Origin: Nitrospina sp.
Lineage (GTDB): Bacteria > Nitrospinota > Nitrospinia > Nitrospinales > JACRGP01
DNA: 64,000 bases
NCBI GenBank assembly: GCA_024648695.1
Contig: JACAVV010000032.1
Location: forward strand, 1 to 64,000
Reading direction: 5' to 3'
Shown here: positions 1-8,626 of the stretch, one piece after another
Layout of the letters: every line of letters begins with the position of its first letter
Position numbering within the stretch: position 1 is the first letter of the stretch
The notes under the pieces: model-generated
Told to the model about the DNA's origin: nothing
Database searches by the model: none
What the model saw: only the letters and a program-made list of their open reading frames with translations
Position numbers and translations under genes: made by a program

Positions 1-35
1 CTCTCGGTACGCCAAACTTTAAAAGGCGGGACAGG

Positions 36-639
36 GTAGCGCCCGGTCTAACCACCGGGCGAGGATTGAAACGTGAAGCTTTGGGGAAGGAAGGCATTGT
101 ATTTGAGTAGCGCCCGGTCTAACCACCGGGCGAGGATTGAAACTAATGGCCAATGGCGATGGCAACGGTAACGGAAAGTAGCGCCCGGTCTAACCACCGG
201 GCGAGGATTGAAACAGTTAGCCGCGGAGTCATAACCTCGCCCAACCGAGTAGCGCCCGGTCTAACCACCGGGCGAGGATTGAAACATCACGTCAACCTCA
301 TAACGTTCAAAGTTTTCCGGTAGCGCCCGGTCTAACCACCGGGCGAGGATTGAAACTGATGGAATGGTTGTTAAATTGGATAAGTCTTCAGGTAGCGCCC
401 GGTCTAACCACCGGGCGAGGATTGAAACCCTGCGAATTCCAGTGGTCGAAAATTTCACGGTGTAGCGCCCGGTCTAACCACCGGGCGAGGATTGAAACAT
501 GGGGATGGGTAGGTGGCAACCAAAGTAAAAGGTAGCGCCCGGTCTAACCACCGGGCGAGGATTGAAACCGCATAGGAGAATTCAAACGGCAAGCTTCCGC
601 CTGTAGCGCCCGGTCTAACCACTGGGCGAAGATTTCAAT
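36..639 (+). CRISPR. CRISPR array with 9 repeats of 37 bp (GTAGCGCCCGGTCTAACCACCGGGCGAGGATTGAAAC) and 8 spacers of 33-35 bp. The last repeat (603-639) is degenerate. Positions 1-35 are spacer-sized, so the array probably continues upstream of the window.
   Basis: Eight exact repeat copies begin at 36, 107, 178, 249, 320, 392, 462 and 532. A ninth, diverged copy begins at 603 (..CCACTGGGCGAAGATTTCAAT). The repeat holds an 8-bp palindromic stem (CGCCCGGT/ACCGGGCG) followed by ATTGAAAC, the usual Cas6-type 3' handle, which implies transcription on the + strand. Spacers are unique and non-repetitive. Confidence 0.97.
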
Positions 640-900
640 GTCCAACAAAGGATTTTTCTGCTTGGCGGGTTCGCTTTGAATACATCCTGGGTTATTCGGC
701 TATCCCAATATCCAATTCTTTAAGATCCCCCTTGCAGCTTTCTTGACAAGGCGTTTCCCATTTCTTCTGCCCAGGATTTGATGTCCAGGCCAGTGGCAGG
801 ATTCATGAGACAACCGGGACGCAACAGGTGCCCCCACTTGGCCCAATTCGTGAACGGAATAACTTCCGATCAATCGCGAAACTTCTTCGGACGCTGGCGA

Positions 901-1710
901 TCATTTACCCTGTTTTTTTCCGGGAAGTGGGCGGACGGCCCGGACTCCGCCATTGTTGCAGGTGGAGTAGCGGCGGTTATTGACAAAACCCAATACATAA
1001 TAAAATGCGCGGGCGCAACAATCGGTTAAATCGGTTTCCTGATAGTCGCTCGACCAATACCAATAGGCGGCGCCGTCGGCAAACATCTTGTCCAGTCGCA
1101 AGGGGTTTTCCTTGTCGTGGTCGTGACCCATCACGTTTTCTATGGTGTCGTCGTAAATGGAATACAATTCTTCGAGGGAGGGCAATCGCCAATCGTCATA
1201 ACCGCCCGTGGTTAACTGTTCGACATATTCCGCCGACTGAAAAAAGTTCAGGCATTTGCCCAAATCGGCATAACTGTCTTTTCGAGTCCACATCAGGTTG
1301 GTGTTGGTTTCGGTGAGAGTGCCGTCCTTGTTGTCGACCAGGTGGACTTTGGATTTCGGAGGCGGCGGCGGAACGTAGGGAGGGGCTTCATAAGGTTCAC
1401 GCGGCAACCAGGCATCCACATCGGCAAAGCTCTGAGATGCAAAAGCCCATACTGACATGGTGATAAGAAGGGCAGATAAAAGCGTATTCCCCAGGTTGGG
1501 GATGACGGAAATGAATCTGAAAAAACTATTAAAACCGGGACAATGCTTTTTTAAGGGAACTGTATAATGTGGGCCTACAGCCTTGTAATTCCCCCTCACC
1601 CCTCCTTCTCCCACCAGGGAAGAGGGGGTATTTTTATCAGTAACTGTTTTAATTTGCGCAAATTGCAAGGGGACGGTCCTGCTTTTGCGTCGGGTCCATC
1701 CAGAATTCAT
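901..1710 (-). CDS. DUF1566 (Lcl C-terminal domain) family secreted protein. The true start is probably internal, near 1458 (MSVWAFASQSFA signal-like segment).
   Basis: It contains the LMWTR...DDWRLPSLEEL motif block that is characteristic of DUF1566. A hydrophobic signal-like segment precedes the mature part, and a proline run (PPPPP) follows it. Confidence 0.6.
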   Translation of the reverse strand: MNSGWTRRKSRTVPLQFAQIKTVTDKNTPSSLVGEGGVRGNYKAVGPHYTVPLKKHCPGFNSFFRFISVIPNLGNTLLSALLITMSVWAFASQSFADVDAWLPREPYEAPPYVPPPPPKSKVHLVDNKDGTLTETNTNLMWTRKDSYADLGKCLNFFQSAEYVEQLTTGGYDDWRLPSLEELYSIYDDTIENVMGHDHDKENPLRLDKMFADGAAYWYWSSDYQETDLTDCCARAFYYVLGFVNNRRYSTCNNGGVRAVRPLPGKKQGK

Positions 1711-1797
1711 AAGACACCTCCCTTTATGGGGCTAATTTTCCGGGACCTAGTGTACCCAAAATCCTTCAATCAATAAACAGGATTTGTTGAAAACCGA

Positions 1798-4371
1798 TCA
1801 AACCCTTCGCAGGGTTTGCAGGGGCTTGTTTCTCAGGACATCGACACTGCTGAGTATCCCCGCAAGGGTGGTGAACAGTGCGGCCAGCAAGACGCTCCAG
1901 AATACGGGTTCCAGGCGAAGGTTCCACGTCGATTCCACAAGGTATTTCATCACGGCCCAGGACAGGGCCATGGACAGACCGACACCCACCACGCTGGCAA
2001 TAACGCCCAAAGCGGCGTATTCGTAGCCCAGGATGGAGGCCACGGTGCGACGTTTCGCACCGAGGGTTTTCAGTATGGCGGATTCCTTCATTCGCCGATA
2101 TTTGGTGGAGGCCACGGCACCGGACAAAATGAACAGTCCGGCGGCGATGGTGAATCCGGACATAAAATCCACCAGCGTCAACAACTTTCCGGTAACACTT
2201 TCTACCGTAGAAATGATGTCGCGCGTACTGAGCGCCGTCACATTGGGTACGGCATTCACCACCGATTCCTGCAAAGCCAGTTCTTTTTCCGCCGGGAGTT
2301 TAACGGTGCCTACGTAAGTGATGGGGGCGCCTTCCAGGGCGGCGGGCGAATAGATCATATAAAAATTTGTGCGCATGTTGCGCCAGTTGACTTTGCGAAT
2401 GCTGGTCACCGGCGCGCTGACTTTTATTCCCTGAATGTCGATAGTGATTTCACTGCCGAGGGTAACGCCCAGGCGTTTGGCGGCATCTTCCTCGAGTGAA
2501 ACCTGCGGGGTGCCGGCTCCTTCTTTACCCCACCATTTGCCTTGCACGATTTCGTTGTCCTCGGGCAGTTTGTCTTCGCGATACGTCAGCACGAACTCCC
2601 TTTGAATGAACCATTCTTCAGCGCGGCGGTTTTTGTAGGCCCATTGGTCCGTCCGTTTGCCTCCCGCACTGTGCAGGCGCGAGCGTATGAGGGGAATGAG
2701 TTCCAGCTCCGCTTTCGGTGCCACGCTTTGAATGGATTTCAAAAATGCTTCTTTCTGGTCCATCTGGATATCGATGAAGAAAAAGTTGGGCGGGTTGATT
2801 CTGGTGTTCTCCTTGAGCATGGCGACGATGTCCATTTGAACCAGTCGAACCGCCAGCACCAGCATGATCCCCATTCCCAAAGCCGTAATGATTGATCCGG
2901 CCTGGTTATTGGGTCGAAACAGGTTTGCCAGGCCATAGCGCCGGGTCATGGAAGGTGACGGGGGCAAGGATCGAATCACCTTTAAAGACAGGCGCGAAAC
3001 GGCCCAAAGAACGAACGTAGACACGAGTAATGAAATCAAAAACACCGATCCGCGTTTGATGGACCCCGCTTGCCAGAATACGATTCCTGCAAGGCCGAGC
3101 CCCAGGAGAAACGTCATCAACCATCGTTCCTTGCGCGAACCCTGGGTCAGTTCCTCATCTTCGGCGATATGGCGGAACAACCTGAGCGGACGAGTTTTTA
3201 CCGCCCGGATCAGGGGCCACACGCTGAACAGCAAGGTGGTTAGCAACCCCAGACACAGAGCCTGCAAAGCGGGTTTCCAGTCAAAACCGGGGCTCACTGA
3301 CAAATTTAGAAGTCCGGGCAGTTTCGCCGGCAGGAAATACTGCAAACCATAACCCACAGCAACTCCGAGCAAGCTTCCGATCAATCCCAGCAACAGCGAT
3401 TGCATGAGATAGACTTTAAACAAAGTCCGCGAGGTGGCTCCCAGGCAATTCATGATCGCGATGGTGTCCATCTTTTGCGCCATGAAGGTGCGAATGATCA
3501 TCGCCACACCGATGCCGCCCATGAACAGTGCGATCACGCCCACACAGCCCAGGTATTGCCCAATGCGTTCCACCGATTTGGTGATAGAGTTTTGCATGCC
3601 CTTGTAAGTACGAACCGAAACCGAACGGTCGGTGAGGCCGCGTTCCAGCAGAGCTTCGATTTGGCCCAGATTGGCGCTATCGGGAATTTTGATGCGGGTG
3701 CGATGCTTGATGCGGCTTCCCTTACGTACCAGCCTCGCCTGGTTGAGGGTTTCCAGCGACACCATCACACGCGGGCCGATACTGAAAGCGCGCGAGATGC
3801 GGTCGGGTTCGGCGGTGATCACGCCGCTCACACGGGCGCGGATATCGCCCAGCTTGAAATGGTCGCCCACCTTCAAATGCCCCTTCAACAAAAATGCCGG
3901 CTCGACCAAAGCACCGTTGTCCTTTAAATGTTCTAGCAGGGGACGCTGAGGGTCGGTTTTCAGTGTTCCGTAGAAGGGGTACAGAGGTTCTTCCGTAGGC
4001 ACCGCCTTCAATTCCACCAGCAGAGAAGACAAACGGTTTGGCGAAGGTTTCACTCCAATGAAACGCGCCATGGCGTGCAGTTCTTTTATGGATTGCCACT
4101 CGGAGCCTTTGGGAAGATTTTGTTTCAAAAATGTTTCGTCTTTTTCACTTTGCTTCCAACTGCTGGTGATTTGCAGGTCCGCCGCAAGCAGGCTTTTCGA
4201 TTCATTCTGGATCGCGCCCTGTAGGAGATTCGAAAAACTTTTAACTGTCATCACCGCCCCCACTCCAATGGCAAGACAGATGATAAAAAACACAAAACGC
4301 CGCCAGGCACCCCGGCTTTCCGCCCAGGCCAGATACAGCAGTTGTCCCGAGCTCAGTTTACCTGTCTTCAT
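1798..4371 (-). CDS. ybbP: ABC transporter permease with two FtsX-like domains (YbbP/MacB-type), 857 aa.
   Basis: It is a large polytopic protein with two repeated 4-TM FtsX-like modules separated by large periplasmic loops. It overlaps the upstream ATPase gene by 4 bp (ATGA), and the tesA-ybbA-ybbP gene order matches E. coli. Confidence 0.8.
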   Translation of the reverse strand: MKTGKLSSGQLLYLAWAESRGAWRRFVFFIICLAIGVGAVMTVKSFSNLLQGAIQNESKSLLAADLQITSSWKQSEKDETFLKQNLPKGSEWQSIKELHAMARFIGVKPSPNRLSSLLVELKAVPTEEPLYPFYGTLKTDPQRPLLEHLKDNGALVEPAFLLKGHLKVGDHFKLGDIRARVSGVITAEPDRISRAFSIGPRVMVSLETLNQARLVRKGSRIKHRTRIKIPDSANLGQIEALLERGLTDRSVSVRTYKGMQNSITKSVERIGQYLGCVGVIALFMGGIGVAMIIRTFMAQKMDTIAIMNCLGATSRTLFKVYLMQSLLLGLIGSLLGVAVGYGLQYFLPAKLPGLLNLSVSPGFDWKPALQALCLGLLTTLLFSVWPLIRAVKTRPLRLFRHIAEDEELTQGSRKERWLMTFLLGLGLAGIVFWQAGSIKRGSVFLISLLVSTFVLWAVSRLSLKVIRSLPPSPSMTRRYGLANLFRPNNQAGSIITALGMGIMLVLAVRLVQMDIVAMLKENTRINPPNFFFIDIQMDQKEAFLKSIQSVAPKAELELIPLIRSRLHSAGGKRTDQWAYKNRRAEEWFIQREFVLTYREDKLPEDNEIVQGKWWGKEGAGTPQVSLEEDAAKRLGVTLGSEITIDIQGIKVSAPVTSIRKVNWRNMRTNFYMIYSPAALEGAPITYVGTVKLPAEKELALQESVVNAVPNVTALSTRDIISTVESVTGKLLTLVDFMSGFTIAAGLFILSGAVASTKYRRMKESAILKTLGAKRRTVASILGYEYAALGVIASVVGVGLSMALSWAVMKYLVESTWNLRLEPVFWSVLLAALFTTLAGILSSVDVLRNKPLQTLRRV

Positions 4372-5054
4372 TGGGTAACATTTTCCAGTGTACGGTCCTG
4401 AATGATCATGCCATCTTCCAGGGTGAGGATGCGTTGCGTGGTTTCGGCGATGGCCTGTTCGTGTGTGACCATCACAATGGTTGCATTTTGGCTTTGATGC
4501 AGACGATGAATCAGGTCCAGAATGCGTTGGCTGTTTTTGGAATCGAGATTGCCTGTGGGTTCATCGGCCAGAACGATGTCCGGCTCATTGACGAAAGCTC
4601 TTGCCAGGGAAAGGCGTTGTTGCTCGCCGCCGGACAATTGTGAAGGATAATGGTTCAAGCGGTCACCGAGTCCCACTTCTTCCAGCAGGGCAATCGAGCG
4701 CTCCGACGCCTGATCGTTGCCATTGAGCTCGACCGACAGCAAAACATTCTCAAGCGCCGTCAGGGTTGGGATGAGGTGGAAATTCTGAAACACGAAACCG
4801 AAGCGCTGGCCACGTAACTGGGCCAGTTCATCCTCGTTCAATTGCGTAATGTCCGTTTCGTCGATCAGGATTTGGCCACTGGTGGGCGTGTCGAGACCTG
4901 CGATCAGGCTAAGCAGGGTGGTCTTGCCGCTTCCTGAAGCGCCGGTGATGGCCATGAACTGGCCGCTGGGGATAGCGATGTCGAGTCCTTTAAGGATGTC
5001 GACTTGATGTCCGCCCCCATAAAGTGATTTTTTGAGATTAGAAATTTTGATCAA
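4368..5054 (-). CDS. ybbA: ABC transporter ATP-binding protein (YbbA/LolD-like), 228 aa.
   Basis: It has Walker A (GASGSGKTT), the ABC signature (LSGGEQQR) and Walker B (IVLADEPT). Its length and sequence are close to E. coli YbbA, and it is translationally coupled to the permease gene. Confidence 0.85.
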   Translation of the reverse strand: MIKISNLKKSLYGGGHQVDILKGLDIAIPSGQFMAITGASGSGKTTLLSLIAGLDTPTSGQILIDETDITQLNEDELAQLRGQRFGFVFQNFHLIPTLTALENVLLSVELNGNDQASERSIALLEEVGLGDRLNHYPSQLSGGEQQRLSLARAFVNEPDIVLADEPTGNLDSKNSQRILDLIHRLHQSQNATIVMVTHEQAIAETTQRILTLEDGMIIQDRTLENVTQ

Positions 5055-5098
5055 GGCAGTACGTTGGAATTCGTTAGAAACTTAATTATAATAGGAAT

Positions 5099-5770
5099 AT
5101 GAAAATACTTTGGAACTACCGAAATGGCAATCATTTTTACATGAGGCTTATAGTCACTATTGTAACCCTGAATTGCTTCATCTTTCATCCTTTATTCCTC
5201 GAAGGAGGCGAGTCGCCCCCCGTGATCTTGGCATTAGGAGACAGTCTCACCGCAGGGTTTGGCGTTCCGGAACCGGAAAGTTATCCTGCCCGCTTGCAAA
5301 ATATATTAAAAGAAAATGGCTATCCTCACAAAGTGGTCAACGCAGGAGTGAGCGGCGACACGACGGCCGGAGGTCTGCGCCGTTTGTCCTGGCTGATGCG
5401 CCACAAACCGAAAATTGTGATTCTGGCCTTGGGCGCGAACGACGGACTGCGCGGCATGCCCGTGGACCAGATGTATAGCAATCTTAAAAAAATCATCGAA
5501 ACATGCCGGAAGCACGACGCCCGTGTTTTGCTTGCAGGCATCAAGGTCCCGCCCAATTACGGAGAAGAGTATTCGCAGGAGTTTGAATCGGTGTTCCACC
5601 GCTTGGCGAAGGAATTCGAATTGCCCTTCATTCCGTTTTTGCTTGAAGGTGTGGCGGGGAAGAAAGATTACACCATGGATGACGGAATCCATCCTTTAGG
5701 ATCGGGTTATAAGCTGGTGGCGGAGTTGGTATGGAATCCTTTGCAGACTTTGCTGGAACCGGCTGGGTGA
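5099..5770 (+). CDS. tesA: GDSL-family lipase, acyl-CoA thioesterase I (TesA-like). The start may instead be the internal Met at about 5141, where a signal peptide begins.
   Basis: It has the GDSLTAG catalytic serine block, the GANDGLRG block and a DDGIHP catalytic His block, with high similarity to E. coli TesA. It sits divergently from ybbA as in E. coli. Confidence 0.85.
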   Translation: MKILWNYRNGNHFYMRLIVTIVTLNCFIFHPLFLEGGESPPVILALGDSLTAGFGVPEPESYPARLQNILKENGYPHKVVNAGVSGDTTAGGLRRLSWLMRHKPKIVILALGANDGLRGMPVDQMYSNLKKIIETCRKHDARVLLAGIKVPPNYGEEYSQEFESVFHRLAKEFELPFIPFLLEGVAGKKDYTMDDGIHPLGSGYKLVAELVWNPLQTLLEPAG

Positions 5771-5772
5771 AT

Positions 5773-6912
5773 TCACTCTACATTCAGGGCTTTTCCCATA
5801 TACGATTCCCAGGAAGAATAAGCTTCTCCTTTATTTAAAACATTCAAGGCTTTATCAAAGGCTTTAATGAAATCAGATTCCACGCCACAAAAATAAAGCA
5901 TGAGAGATGTTTGCCAGGCAATCATTTGAGCGGCGGGTCCTTCCCCAAGCTTTAAGGCTTGCTCCCCAGATTCGCACAACGATTTTAGTTCGACGGGTAT
6001 ATTTTTGAGTTCCTCAAAGGACTCTTTTATTTGCATTGCCCAATTAGGCAAAACTAAAGAGTCCGGAGTCACCTGCATTTCCTCTACCTCGTTAGGTGGG
6101 GTTTGAATGAAGACTTTAGAGCCAATCGCTTTATGAATACCGTAAAGCGTTGAACCTTCAGTGCCATTGCCCAAAATGACCCTATCAAATTCACTGACAT
6201 CGCCTACCCCTAGCATAGGTACTTCATAGCCCTTATGGAAATAACCTGAGGCCAGATAATTTCCGCCCGCTCTGGCTTTCCAGGGCTGAAGCATTTTTTC
6301 GTAAGTCGCCAGTGTGGAGCGTTTTACCATTTCCTGCCGTAAATGCCTCAGGTTTTCCAAACGTGGATTGCTTTGGCGGGTTCCCAGATAGCCGAATCCG
6401 AATTCTTCCAGGAGTTCGGTATGAGCGTCGAAACTTAAATCTCGTGAAACCCCATAATGCCCGCATAAAATATCTTCGAACGTAATGCCGAACTTTGGAG
6501 GCATGCCTGCGGTGGAATGGCCGTAGGTGGGGAGGCCGAGGGAAGCGAGTAAGGGGATACAGAAAAACCCGAAATAAGGGACACGGTTCCAGCCGTCAAA
6601 AGGATCGGATATTTGCAGAAGTCTGTCAAATTTGACGTTGCGTTTTTTAGTGGAGGCATCAAGAGCTTTCCAGAAACCGATGCTTTCTTCGAAGCTTTCG
6701 ATTTTCATTCGGGCGGCGATGAGAAACACACCTGCGCGCACATCGGATACCTTGCCGTTTAAGATCAAGGTCATCGCATCTTCGGCTTCGTCGCGTGTGA
6801 GGTCTTTGCTCAGTTTGGGTCCCGCCGCTACTTTATTGATGTATTCCTTGAAGCGTTCTTCGTCTGAGGATTCAAAGTCTATTGATGAAGTCATAGTGGA
6901 TATTATGAACAC
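5773..6912 (-). CDS. TrpD2/YbiB-family protein (glycosyl transferase family 3 fold, DNA-binding YbiB-like); not a canonical anthranilate phosphoribosyltransferase.
   Basis: The N-terminal helical domain (LTRDEAEDAMTLILNGKVSDVRAGVFLIAARMK) aligns with E. coli YbiB and the TrpD N-terminal domain. The region corresponding to the GTGGDG motif is degenerate (DPFDGWNR). A GTEGSTLYG block is shared with YbiB. Confidence 0.6.
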   Translation of the reverse strand: MFIISTMTSSIDFESSDEERFKEYINKVAAGPKLSKDLTRDEAEDAMTLILNGKVSDVRAGVFLIAARMKIESFEESIGFWKALDASTKKRNVKFDRLLQISDPFDGWNRVPYFGFFCIPLLASLGLPTYGHSTAGMPPKFGITFEDILCGHYGVSRDLSFDAHTELLEEFGFGYLGTRQSNPRLENLRHLRQEMVKRSTLATYEKMLQPWKARAGGNYLASGYFHKGYEVPMLGVGDVSEFDRVILGNGTEGSTLYGIHKAIGSKVFIQTPPNEVEEMQVTPDSLVLPNWAMQIKESFEELKNIPVELKSLCESGEQALKLGEGPAAQMIAWQTSLMLYFCGVESDFIKAFDKALNVLNKGEAYSSWESYMGKALNVE

Positions 6913-7031
6913 AAATCATTTTATTTGCTACTCATTTGCCCATAGAACAGTTCGAAATCTAACCACCAGATTGCCCTTAAGAAAGATTGATCGAAAATTT
7001 GCGATTTGCCAGCTGGCCGCACCGCCAGGTG

Positions 7032-7104
7032 CTGCACGGGATTTGCACAATTATTTGGTGAATTTTCCTTTTTCCTGCCATTAGCATTGCACGGGGACTT
7101 GCAA
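7032..7104 (+). promoter_or_regulatory. Two tandem sigma-54-like -24/-12 elements, CTGCACGGGATTTGCA at 7032-7047 and TTGCACGGGGACTTGCA at 7087-7104, upstream of the exosortase gene.
   Basis: Both match TGGCAC-N5-TTGCA, with one deviation in the GG dinucleotide and a spacer of 5 or 6 nt. They sit in the divergent intergenic region 11-85 bp before the ATG at 7115. Confidence 0.35.
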
Positions 7105-7114
7105 CAATGGCCTC

Positions 7115-8605
7115 ATGCAAAACGCGAAACCACAATTCAAAAACAAAGTCACCACCGTCTGCTTGGTTGCAGGAGCCCTGGTGTTGGCTATCGATCCTTT
7201 GGCCTGGCTGATCCGCACCTGGCACGATCCGGTTTATGCTTCCAAAGGATTTCCCATTTTCTGTGCCCTCCTGGCCTTGTTCGTATGGAGCGTCACCAGC
7301 ACGCAGTCCACCTCACGTTCATCGGTTCCCCGCTGGCCTTATGGATTGCTGTTGGTGACCGCTCTTATTCGCGTTGTGGGGCAAATCCTCTCCGTCAACG
7401 TGATCGGAGCATTGGCCCTGGTGATCGACGTGTACGCCATCGCCATTCTGGCGGGACTGCCGTATCGCCAACGATCCCTGTCACCGTTCTGGCTGGCCGT
7501 CTGCTTTGCCTACACTCTTCCTTTGGAAAGGCTCGTTCAACGCTTGATCGGTTACGGACTCCAACACATTTCCGCAGACGGTGCTTGCTTACTCCTGTCC
7601 CGTTGGTTCGAAAACGTGCACTGTCAGGGAGTGCGCATCTGGATAGATCAGCAAGACGTACTGGTCGATTTGCCCTGTTCCGGCGCGCGGACTGTTTTGT
7701 TACTACAACTGCTCTTTGCCGCCTGCATGGCTGTCAGCAAACCCGGATTCGTGCGTGGTTTCATTGGCCTGGGAATCACTTTAGCCACAAGCCTGGCCGT
7801 CAATGTTTTAAGGATCTCTGTTCTTGCAATTGGAATGGCTCATCCGGAAGTGCTTTGGGATATCGATGTGATGGACGAGGTTTGGCATCAATCCTTAGGA
7901 TTGGGGTTTTTAGCATTGGGCAGTCTTCCCATAATCCTTTGGGCGCGAAGGATTCCAAGATCTCAAAACGCTTTATTGGAAACGCGCAGGCCCGTCCATT
8001 TGAGTCCAGGCACAACTCTCAATCCGTTATTGGGAGCACTCATTTTTTTGATCGTTTCCCTTGTCATCATAAACCTTCCCCCCAAACCCATCGATCAAGG
8101 ACGGAAGGATTTGTCCATCCGGCTTCCTGAATTGCTCGATGGCGTTTGGGCGAAACATATTCCTCTTCTTGCCAAGGAAAAGAGATATTTCACGCAATAC
8201 GGCGGTTCTGCCTCAAAAGCCCAATATGGCGACATGAGTTTGTTGATGGTCAACACCTCAGCCCCCTTGCGTCATCTACACTCCCCGGATGAATGTTTGC
8301 GAAGCCTGGGTTTTCGCGTGGAATATGTTGGAACTTCTTTCGATTCTGTCCCCACTGCAATCTACAAAGCCACTCATCCGGACGGGCAAGCCTATCGGGT
8401 TGCTGTCACTTTCTATTCCAACCAGGGCCAAACGACTCCCAATGTATCGCAAGCCGTATGGTTTTGGATGCAGAAACCGCAAGGGGTGTGGACGGCTGTG
8501 CAAAGAATTTCTCCCTGGGGATGGGACCAGGAGGATTTGAACCGCTGGGACCAAACGGTTTTCGCGGCTTTGGATCTATTTTCCCGCCCATCCAATATTT
8601 CATAA
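7115..8605 (+). CDS. Exosortase (EpsH/Xrt family) fused to a C-terminal EpsI-like periplasmic domain, 496 aa.
   Basis: The N-terminal part is about 300 aa of polytopic membrane protein with the conserved CSGARTV block (active-site Cys) and Arg-containing motifs typical of exosortases and archaeosortases. The C-terminal 190 aa is a soluble domain resembling EpsI. A PEP-CTERM substrate gene lies directly downstream. Confidence 0.75.
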   Translation: MQNAKPQFKNKVTTVCLVAGALVLAIDPLAWLIRTWHDPVYASKGFPIFCALLALFVWSVTSTQSTSRSSVPRWPYGLLLVTALIRVVGQILSVNVIGALALVIDVYAIAILAGLPYRQRSLSPFWLAVCFAYTLPLERLVQRLIGYGLQHISADGACLLLSRWFENVHCQGVRIWIDQQDVLVDLPCSGARTVLLLQLLFAACMAVSKPGFVRGFIGLGITLATSLAVNVLRISVLAIGMAHPEVLWDIDVMDEVWHQSLGLGFLALGSLPIILWARRIPRSQNALLETRRPVHLSPGTTLNPLLGALIFLIVSLVIINLPPKPIDQGRKDLSIRLPELLDGVWAKHIPLLAKEKRYFTQYGGSASKAQYGDMSLLMVNTSAPLRHLHSPDECLRSLGFRVEYVGTSFDSVPTAIYKATHPDGQAYRVAVTFYSNQGQTTPNVSQAVWFWMQKPQGVWTAVQRISPWGWDQEDLNRWDQTVFAALDLFSRPSNIS

Positions 8606-8626
8606 ATCATTTACCAGAGGCCTCTC

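Noticed and set aside
261-535. Two ORFs (261-458 on the minus strand, 350-535 on the plus strand) in the supplied track
   Set aside because: They lie entirely inside the CRISPR repeat-spacer array, and their repeated peptide segments are simply translated repeats.
640-900. A 260-bp gap after the CRISPR array, checked for a degraded cas or transposase remnant
   Set aside because: No frame gives a recognisable motif, and ORF 778-1029 is Arg/Gly-rich junk overlapping the DUF1566 gene's 3' end.
1592-1632. CCCCCTCACCCC-containing imperfect palindromes (also at 21128-21170), considered as a REP-like repeat family or bidirectional terminators
   Set aside because: There are only two loosely similar copies, the stems are imperfect, and no consistent U-tract sits on the relevant strand.
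1816-2499. 227-aa Gly/His-rich ORF antisense to ybbP. Similar antisense ORFs occur at 15137-15832 (opposite nupC), 17049-17711 (opposite the aminotransferase) and 24286-24750 (opposite ccoN).
   Set aside because: They are fully embedded in well-supported genes on the opposite strand, have low-complexity composition and no motifs.
7006-8130. 374-aa Arg/His/Cys-rich ORF on the + strand
   Set aside because: It overlaps the exosortase gene in another frame. Its composition (R, H, C, P rich, no hydrophobic core) is typical of an off-frame read of a GC-rich membrane-protein gene.
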